DNA of 58,813 nucleotides, the filler included, from Sphacelaria rigidula (Eukaryota), in the NCBI GenBank assembly GCA_964200075.2. It is 9 parts of 9 records of this genome, joined end to end, with 100 filler letters (N's around TTAATTAATTAA, not from the genome) between each part and the next. Parts side by side here need not be neighbours in the genome. Positions count along the whole stretch, not along the records: positions 45,823 to 52,268 come from CAXNAA020020026.1; positions 52,369 to 58,813 come from CAXNAA020020027.1; 7 more parts are not named here. One strand, written 5' to 3'. Each line of letters opens with the position of its first letter. Positions within the stretch are counted from its first letter, which is position 1. The position numbers and the translations under genes were made by a program. Below are positions 49,711-58,813 of the stretch, piece after piece. The notes under the pieces were generated by a model. The model searched no databases, was not told the origin of the DNA, and saw only the letters and a list, made by a program, of their open reading frames with translations.

Positions 49711-52700
49711 GAAAAAAAGGACAACTACGAATGCTGAAAACTTCTGATGCTGACTACTATATCTCTCTCGGCCCCCGGTAAGATACAAGCCACGCAGAGC
49801 AGTACGTGTTGCTGTCCGTGATGTACTGGTGTGCTGGTATGCGGGGAAGTTCGATCGATAAGTGTCCGTCGAACAGGGTGTTTGTGGCGGTAGGGGGTAT
49901 ATATTGTTGCTTAAACGTGATGATCGTCTCCGCAGAGGCTACGTGAAGACTCTGGTAGTGGTTTTGAGGACTAGGTTCGGGGATGTGCGTGGTATGGAGC
50001 GCGTACTGTTTGCTTAGTTTACCTAGAGGGCGAGATATATGTCTGAGGTGATCAGGGAGTGCAAGGAATGACTTGTGTCAAGTATGACAGCAAATCGTTG
50101 TCAAACTCCGGCTTGATGCTTGTGTGGGAATTAGCGTCGCCAAGCTTGCGAGACAGGAGGATCGTCAGGAACATACTGCGCCCTTTATCCCTCAGACGTT
50201 GGAGCTCAAAATGACAAATAATATATTTTGTGTTTAGCCTGACGGGTGCCATAATTCTATGTCAAAGACATTGCTTCGGTTTGCCGTTCATATGTCGAAA
50301 CAGCCCTCGTGCTATAGGTACAGGCCGCGCACTTCCCTCGTGGCTAAGTAAGTCGATATCTTGATTCCTCACGACATCATGCCCTGGGCAGCGTATGTGA
50401 TGAGCAGTTTGTATCGGTTCCCAAGGAAGTACATTTTTGACGTGGTACAGTGAGTGGAACGAGATATTTTAGGCAGAAGATCTTCACATTCGTTTGTTGT
50501 ACAGTTCCGGTACCGGGATGGGCCGGTGATTCTATATCCGTCGCCCGTTAAGCAATATCCCTAAGTAATTCGTGAAACGGGGTTGGGCGTGACTGGGTGG
50601 TGAGCCTACTGGAGGTCAGGATCATGGCTGGCGAGATTGGACGGACGTCAGTAATTTAAAAGTCATATATGTAAAGGAACAACTTTCCCCTGTCGTGAGG
50701 GCGATCGGAAGGCACGAGCCGTAGTGTAGCTCATGAATAATAGCGAGGCGCAGTCATCCCTGGTCGCATTCCATGCTTTGGCTTTCGGTTGCTGTACCGT
50801 GTCGTCGGCTCGATGTGGCGGCAATTTATATGTAGTAGTAGTAGTGTTTTCGTGTGATTGAGAGTATAGTTTTCTTTGGGACGTCTATCATGAGACCACG
50901 GCTGGCTCCTGGGGGGTCAGTTAAAGTGCGACAATCAAGGATACGACTGAGAGTGAGAAGCGGTCAGCCAATGAATAAATCGTTTAAGTTCCGGGATGAT
51001 TCTCCACGAGGTCCCATGTGCTTTCTGTAGTAGCTTGCCACTAAAGCCCTTGATATCCCTGAGTAGGATATCGACGTGTAGCTCCAAGTAAGTACTCACC
51101 AGAGTTAAAAGCAAAAAAAAAACACACGCATAACGAAAAAACTGGTCAAGTGAAAGCGCATGATGATAAAATCCCCTCTCAAATCAATATATGATCTACT
51201 GCTACTCTCGTTCTCACGAAAACGTATGTGTCGGAAATAAAGCCTGCTGCAGACTGCCTCTGGGACCCTTCTCCGTCGTCTAACGCCCGAAAAGAGAGCT
51301 GGGCGGATCTTGACACCTTGGAATGACTACTTTCTCTACTCGTTGAGACCGCCCCAGGACGAGTTCGCTGCATTTTCCGCCAGTTGCGGTTTTATCTTTG
51401 GCCGAACTTGCATTTTCGAGAACAAATGGTCAAGTGATGAAAAAAACTGGCAGTTCCCTCACTGGAAAATGCCTCATCCTCACCTTGTAAAGCACAAGAG
51501 GTGAGTTTGTCACCATGTATGTTTGAACGACTACGACTGTAACAAAAATGACAATTATATAGCTCCATGTGATGGGTCAAGGGTCTGTCGAAATGTATTT
51601 CGGGACACGTAGGCCCCAAGATCGAAAATTCGAGTTTCTGACTGGGGGGGAGGGACACCCAGCCGGGTGTCCCCTAGTTTATTGCCGAGGCGTTGGCAGA
51701 TGCGGTCAGCTGCCGTGTACAGAGATTCTTGGGATGCAGACTGCTGAGATGACGGACACACCGCCCCTCCAAGCTCATCACGTACCATGATTACATTTAT
51801 TGGTTCATGTTCCGTGTCGTGTGCCTCGACTACTTACCACTACTAGTAGTCCGGGCGAATTTGGCGAGACGTGAGATAGATAATGTTGCTACTTTGGCTG
51901 CGGGCTGTCGCTACCGTGCGCTCGTGTATTGTAGATAGATGTGAGTGGGCGTTGCCGGCATCCGAGGTCATCGGGACAGAGCGGGCAAGGAGCAGAAGCA
52001 AATATACGAACCTCGCGAAGCCCGCCAGACTTTACGGTCTTTGTCAGTGTTTGTTGAACAATTTCTTTCAACCATTTCAACAACAACAACAAATCACAAA
52101 AAAAAAAAGTAAGAAATCATGACAATTTTCCACACCTTGGACTTTATACGGTCAATACATGCATGCAATAGACGAGAAGTGTACTGCATAGAGTACAGGC
52201 CTATTGCAACTATTCACGGTAAGGACGAATCATCACGACTCAAAATCACCAAATTCACGATTTCTTCGNNNNNNNNNNNNNNNNNNNNNNNNNNNNNNNN
52301 NNNNNNNNNNNNTTAATTAATTAANNNNNNNNNNNNNNNNNNNNNNNNNNNNNNNNNNNNNNNNNNNNCCCCAACTCAACCATCAGAAGGTTACGAGGTT
52401 ACCAACTGAGCCACCGGGGCGACCGGCCAGCAAGTAGTACTCTTTTTCTCTTCGTCTGGCTCGGTATAATTCACCTCATCACTTTGAATTGCATACAATT
52501 ATGCTGGTCCGACTCTTCACGGACATTCGATCGGCGGAGCTTTCGCGACGACGCTTTTGCTTGGAAGTAAGCGCTGGGGCGGAAAAGTAAGTTTGGCCTT
52601 GGGGCAGGAAAGTTGATATTCCATCAACGATGCCGAAAACAACCGCGTGGACGATGCGGTCTCTCCACAAGAAATCGAGCACAAAATATAGCAGAGATGC

Positions 52701-52930
52701 TGCTGTCAACTGCGGTCGTATTTTGCACGAGGTTCAATGCTATTTAGCGTCAACCCGTCCTGGTGCCAGACCACGACAAAGCCTCGATGAACGAGGATTG
52801 GAGATAGACGTCGCCAAGAAGAGAGCGAGAGAGCAGATTCGTTGTAAAATGGCAGCATGTCTGCTTGTTGCGTTGCGGACCTTCGGCAGCTACAGAGCCA
52901 AGTTCTCGTTCCCAAGACCCTACGTTACGC

Positions 52931-53931
52931 TCACACCAGTTTAATACCGTCTTCCGATCTCTTCCCCATGTTCATAAACTCTACAAACTCCGCAGAGAAA
53001 TCGAGTTCCTGAAGCTCCACGCCATCATCCTCCACCATAACCTTGAACCCGGGGGCACTATGATTGTGGTCATCCGGTGCAATGAGGGCTTCCATGGGAC
53101 CACCCAGCGCGTCATCGTCCTGAACCCACTTGTTCATCTCCTTGATGGCGTGTGCTACAACTTCCCCTCTGTCTGCTGGTTTTCAGCCCCCGTCTTGTCC
53201 TTCCTACGTGTTATCCCCATACTAACCCTTCTGCAACTGCTCCCACACTTGGGTCATGGTACGCTTCGTCTCATAATCGAAGATGGCATACTGCTTCGCA
53301 TGTTTCCAAAACAGTTCAATCGGCTGATAAGACGGCATGTACGAGGGGGTCCAGATTAGCTGCTACCCTCGCTTGTCCATGAAAACCTCGACTTTCCCCG
53401 TCAGTGTGTGGGAAAATCCAAGCTGAAAAAAAGCCCGAGTGGATAACGCTATCTCCGCACTGCTAACACCACAACCACACCTGGAGTTCCAGTTTGGTAA
53501 CTGTCCAGTCTCTGTTATTTCGAAATCGCGACTTGCAACCATTTCCCACCGTTACCGTCTGGTTCTTCACGTTGAACAGTGATTTTCCCCGCCTTGTACT
53601 TGCGCAAAAGGTCTGCGTTGTGTTCCTTGGTGTTGGTTCCTGGCACCTCGACCTCCGCGTCATACCCGTGGTGGTGCGAGGCGTTGTTGAGAGCAAGAAT
53701 CGTCTTGTTTCCGAACGCAGCTTTGAAAGCCGGTGCCAGCCGATTTTCAAGCCATTCCATGAGCATCTGGTCCGTCATGGCAGCGTGATAACCTCCGGTC
53801 GCAATTCTGGCCTGCCAGATCATCTCTGCGATTTCTTCCTTACCCATCGCCCCCCTCTCTTGCTTACCCTTACCCTTGCCCATTTCCTTGAGTTTAGAGG
53901 ACAGACCGCGCGTCTTTTCCCCTCGCCTCAC
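52931..53931 (-). pseudogene. Tc1/mariner-IS630 superfamily (Sailor-like) transposase, C-terminal catalytic half, decayed
   Basis: GGYHAAMTDQMLMEWLENRLAPAF...ILALNNASHH and, after a frameshift, LIWTPSYMPSYQPIELFWKHAK; in-frame stops. Confidence 0.8.
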
Positions 53932-54619
53932 CCCGTCCTTCGCCTGAAGTTGTCATAGATAACTTCTCTTCCTGCCAAAGAGTGCGAATCTGTTAACGAA
54001 GCAAAAAAAATGTTGGTGAACATCTCAATAAAAGTTAATATCGCGGCCATTGACGACATTTGGGAAGAGGTTGTAAAAATACTGAGTTGATTGTACACGA
54101 GCGTGAGTATATGAAAAGATGAAAAGATCACTCTCGGAGGGTACAAAAAACTTCAACATCCAGGTGCTGAAGCAGCGCGAACACAAGGATACAAACGGAT
54201 CGGCATTTCGCGAGGAAGTCAGCACCAACGGGTAGTACTTTTAGCCTATAGAGAGTGCAATGAGCCAACACTCGGAAGTATAAAAAGACATCTATAAAGT
54301 ACTCAAAAGTGTTCCGAAATGAGGTATTCAAAGAACAGACTGTACCACCTACACAGGACAGTACTGTACAGAACGAAATTACTTTGATAAAGTATGCTCA
54401 ACTGTTCCTCATTCGTGGTTTCGAAGAACGACTGTACCTCGTACCGGTCCATCTATGCCTGTCCAGTGCAATACTGTCAGTGCAGAACACTTGGATGAAA
54501 GTATGTTTAAATTGTTCCGAAATGGTATATACACACAACACTGTAAGACCACACAAGTGCTGTACAACAGTACTACAATACTGTACTGTATGTACAAAAG
54601 ATGACGATGTATACTGTGC

Positions 54620-55192
54620 CTGGTACACCTTCTGCTTGCCAACCCGCAACACTCTCGCGGTCTCTGCGACAGCCGGGTTTGGGTCCATTCCTGACTGAAC
54701 AAAGTCAAATTACACCAGCAGGATGCATCGGGACTGTGATGTATCCAACATTGCTCCTTGCTGGTGAGATAGCTCTTCGCGCGCTCCCTCAGCCATCTCG
54801 TGTCGGCGTGTCTCCTCTGCCGTGTAGATCTGCGCTTCTTCTCACTCCGTCCGGGCTTCCTCCCATCGCTCGATGACTGCCTCGCGCTCAGCCAACGTAC
54901 CGTCGAGCATGGCATATTTCCTGGCAAGTGTTTCCTTCTCTTTGGCAACCCATGCCTTAACCTTTGTCTTCGCTTCGGCAAGCTCTGTCTCTTTCCTGCT
55001 TTGGATGGCGTCTCTAGCATCCTGGGCCGCATCGCGCGCGTCGCATGCCGCTTCCCTCACATCGAGCTTTGCCTCTCTCGCGTTGACCATCTTCACTAAG
55101 TTTGCAGTGTCAAGCTTGCCAGCAGCGTTCCTTCTACGCTTCGGCGCGATTTGCGGATCAGCTTTGACATAGCGGCCCTTGGTCCTTTTCAT
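54620..55192 (-). pseudogene. Coiled-coil ORF with a basic NLS-like motif, possibly the N-terminal part of the adjacent transposon gene
   Basis: MKRTKGRYVKADPQIAPKRRR then an E/A/K/R-rich helix; stop at 54842 with a similar frame continuing. Confidence 0.35.
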
Positions 55193-55435
55193 CGTGCCTG
55201 CAGCTGTGACACAGCTGCACAGGCTCAAGCACGGGGTGCCGATACTGACTGGGCGTACCTCAGCCGTTTTTCCGAAATTCAAAATTCCGGCTGGTCTGTG
55301 GTTCTTGGATTTCTTCGGTTAGCTCACTCTCGCAGAAAATGACCGAAGTTCGTGCGTGGCTTGAGTTTAATTCAACACAAAGTTTGCCGTATCAGTCGGC
55401 ACTGGTGTCCGCCTGAACTTGGTGTTGCGATCGGC

Positions 55436-56237
55436 ATGGCGGGCTTAAGATGCTTGACTGGCACTAGGTCTTTTCTCCGTGGCGCAACATGTCTGCAACA
55501 AGCTGCAGTAGTGAATGGTGGAGATAGAGAACTGAGTGTGAAAGCAAGGTCTGCTAAACCAAAGCTGTGGACACTCAAAGACCCTCGCCCTAGTCGTGAG
55601 CGTCAGGCCAGGCCACAACGACAGGAGTACCTAACGCAGAGACAGGCCGCTTTTGCTAGAGAGCAAGAGAAGGCTTCCGCACTTGGGCTTGATTGGTCGA
55701 TCCGGAGTGCATTGTAAGTGCAAAAAATCGGTTTCCCAACATCATGCAGGCAGGTCAGCGAGCGCGAGAGACGAAGCACACATAGCCATTTCTCAGCAAG
55801 TGTTTCCACCAACCATGAACTATCACGCAGTAGTTACTGCAACCTGTAACTCATGCGTCCAAGTAGGATATCTTTCTGAAATATATGACTTCATCTACAG
55901 GTACGGCGACTTTGAGAGGATTGACCCATCCCGGATGATGGTCCGTTTTTTATGAGGAGGTATGTGCATGTCTGCAATGTCATGTGCATGCGCAAGCAAC
56001 ACCTCGGAGCGACTGAATGTTTTCGACCTGTCTAGGGCTAGATGCTACGGACGGATCGTACGAGAACCACTGCAAACATATGATGAAACAGTGCTCTGGG
56101 GAAAAATTATGCATACATTACAGGCTAGCGATTACAGAATTCACCGCATGTTGTCATTGCGGGGGGTGCTCGAGAACACAGAGGAGCTGATCAGCTATGT
56201 AGCGTCGAGATTACCGGCGTTGAAGGTCAGCCGGTGA
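55436..56237 (+). other. Possible spliced gene fragment of unknown function
   Basis: ORF MAGLRCLTGTRSFLRG... ends at a gtaagt donor near 55714; two downstream protein-like frames. Confidence 0.2.
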
Positions 56238-57848
56238 TACTGTTCCGAAAAGAAGTCTGGCACCCAAAGGCTTACAACACTCACGTCGCAGGCAACGCTG
56301 GAACTATCACCAGAAAATCTGAAGAGTACAAGAACTGCATATAAACGGCCATTGGGCACTCAGCTTTTCCCATGGGAAATCGAGTTTTACGGACCTGGAC
56401 ACAGACCAGGGTCTGCTCCCAAAATCTAGCTTGACAACGTAGATTACACCTGCTGTAACCCATCCAGCGTCCGGCTAGGTCACATTTTATTCTGTCCAGT
56501 GTTTCGCCGGCCATCCTTTTTAATTGGTCGATAAATAATTATCATTATCGTATATTGGCTGATTCCCGAGGAACCCAGCTGCGGTCACAAGATAGAGGTA
56601 CTCATGGCGAAAAATCGGAAATGCTCGCTGAAAAAAGAAAAATTGCAAAAAACGAGAAGATGGAGCAAACGTGGTAAAAACTGAAGACAAAAACAAAACA
56701 AATATTGAGAATAAACAAGCAAGTAGAAAATCAGAAGCAAAATAAAAGGAAGGGAGGAAAAGTAGAAAAAAACGATCCTCATGAAAAAAAAACGAAATAA
56801 ATAGAGAAATGGCCGCCCCTGTAGTATCCATGGCTTCAGATGAATGAACAAAATGACATGCGCCAAAAACGTATATGTACTCACTAGCAAAACACCACGG
56901 AAAAAACGGGGGAGCAGATTGCGGCCTAGCTATTTCGGTCATACATTCGGACATGGGTTCTCGCCCGTTAGCCCTACGGAAGCGTAGCACCAAGCTGCCA
57001 CTGCATACCACGGAAGGGAATGGAGGGAGAAGGAGAGCGCAAGGAAGAAAACCCAAGGACAAAAGTAGAAGATTTTCAGGGGCACAAGCAGAACACCGCA
57101 AGGCTACAAGCAAAGGAAAAGTCAACAAACGAGAATATGAGACACGGGTAGATCAGTTTCCTTGTTTATCCCCGCGTATATACCAGTGAAACCCTTTCCG
57201 AACAATCAAAAGCCTTCGATTTCGTTTTTTTTTGGTCTGTTCACGAGTACTGCAACGAAGGGACTCAGCCTGTTTGACGGCCACAGCTTTCTACTCTGAG
57301 AATCCAACCTCTGGCAGTCCCGCCAATTTTCGAGGATGGCAATAGTGTCGGCATGAATGGCCACCAAAAGGAGCAGCATAGGATGGTTGAGCGGGGGGAA
57401 CTGTAAATCGCCATATTACCTACATGTTCAAAACGCATAACCCGACCAAGGTCGCCTTCCATTCCCCAACTTTCGATGCCGCTAGCTCCCCCTTAGACAG
57501 CAGCGGTTCATGAACAGGAAGCGCTCACCGCCGCAACTCCATGCGCATTGCTTGTGTTTTGTATCAACCTTTGTATCATCCTTTGTATCATCCTTTGTAT
57601 CATCCTTTGTATCAACCTGTGCTCATCTTGCTCAGCTGACTTTGAGGGTGAGGGGGGGGGGGTTAATCCCTGAAATCCTAGGCACAAAATCACAACACGA
57701 CTCAACTACACCCACGCGCGTCCCCTACTGTACGTACACCCCTATTCGCCGCGCCGTTCAGCTGTCATGGAGTAACTGAGTGTATTGATCATATACATCT
57801 TCTACTGCTGACGCGATCACGACTACCGCACCGTACTGTTGGAAAATT

Positions 57849-58076
57849 ACTGCCGTGGGACAGCAATACCGCTGGCCGCGATTTTATGCGCGAACATCTT
57901 TTACTCACGCCGTATGCGTGACAACAGCCTTTGTTCCGTAGGCATTGTCTTTCCCACCATAAACTGCCGTGGGACAGCAATGCCGCTGGCCGCGATTTTA
58001 TGCGCGAACATCTTTTACTCACGCCGTATGCGTGACAACAGCCTTTGTTCCGTAGGCATTGTCTTTCCCACCATAA
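57849..58076. repeat. Recent tandem duplication of a 114-bp unit
   Basis: actgccgtgggacagcaat.ccgctggccgcg...gtctttcccaccataa twice, nearly identical. Confidence 0.9.
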
Positions 58077-58210
58077 ACAACCATTCCGAACCTGGACTAA
58101 AAAGAAAAGAAAGGCGGCCGGACCTACTGGTACATGGGGCGCCGAAAAGGTTACATCTGTGTTCCAGCTCCATAATTTCTTGATTGTAACCTGATGAGGT
58201 CGTGTCTTAA

Positions 58211-58397
58211 GGCGTGTCTTAGCACATCATTTTTCGATCGAAAATGTGCGGTGGAAAAAGAAAATTCCAATCTGATAGATCGTGATTTCAACCAGCTTCG
58301 AAATAAACTACGATAGTTGGAACCACACCGATCAAATCGGAGTTTTCCTTTTCCACCGCACATTTTCGATCGAAAAATAATGTGCTGAGACACGGCC
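58211..58397. mobile_element. Tourist/PIF-Harbinger-like palindromic MITE
   Basis: TAA-GGCGTGTC...GACACGGCC-TTA; same family as 42676-42870. Confidence 0.75.
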
Positions 58398-58608
58398 TTA
58401 TAAAACACAAGTCGACTCAAACAAATTCGTGCGTCGGAATCGACTACTTCGTTTTGCTGTGTTTGGGTTCGAGCGAATTCGCACGCTTTCGAGCGAAAAA
58501 GACAAACGAATTCGTGAAGCGTCACTTTTTCCCTTGTATTCACAACAAATAGTACAGTGGTGTCTGTACTGTCTGCACAGACAGAGTGTGTATGTTTCGT
58601 ACAGTAGA

Positions 58609-58813
58609 CCGGTCGCCCCGGTGGCTCAGCTGGCTACCTCGAAACCTTCTGACGGTTGGGTCGTGGGTTTAGATCTCGGAGTGATCTCGGATTTTTTCTC
58701 ATGCCCAACCGTGGAGAGCGACCATGTCGTGGGCACACAAAATTCGACTCAATGGTCGACGAAGGAAAGGGACTGCTGAACCCCTCTCGCGATAAAAAAT
58801 AAAGGCAAGCACC
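58609..58813 (+). mobile_element. tRNA-derived SINE, truncated by the window end
   Basis: ccggtcgccccggtggctcagctggc...ctcgcgataaaaaataaaggcaagcacc. Confidence 0.8.

Noticed and set aside
50040..50550. APE endonuclease remnant (LGDANSH on the minus strand)
   Set aside because: A single weak motif; not enough to call
52369..56500. Fanzor/TnpB nuclease beside the Tc1/IS630-type transposase
   Set aside because: No RuvC motifs or CxxC zinc finger found in the available frames

Overview
Eukaryotic, repeat-rich genomic DNA, most likely a brown alga or another photosynthetic stramenopile (inferred from GT-AG introns, CAG-type coding microsatellites, an ASAF-like presequence and the TE content). 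The window is not one locus. It is nine roughly 6,446-bp contigs joined by artificial N44-TTAATTAATTAA-N44 spacers every 6,546 bp, so no linkage can be inferred across gaps. Host genes appear only as partial exon sets: RRP46 exon 1 head-to-head with a putative plastid-targeted cNMP-binding protein, a signal-peptide protein, a GT14 glycosyltransferase exon 1, and the 3' exons of a class III (GabT-like) aminotransferase. Mobile DNA includes a decayed Ty3/Gypsy LTR retrotransposon with both LTRs, a truncated second LTR element, a hAT-like non-autonomous element, a decayed Tc1/IS630-type transposase, tRNA-derived SINEs and many MITE/foldback palindromes. The best leads are (i) a triplicated, degenerate PLD/Zucchini-like nuclease module interleaved with an LTR-PBS-gag fragment at 20.8-23.1 kb, (ii) a Sailor-like transposase with an unusually long D-to-E spacer of about 123 aa, and (iii) a MITE carrying telomere-like repeats. 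All three are inferences from manual reading and need database confirmation.
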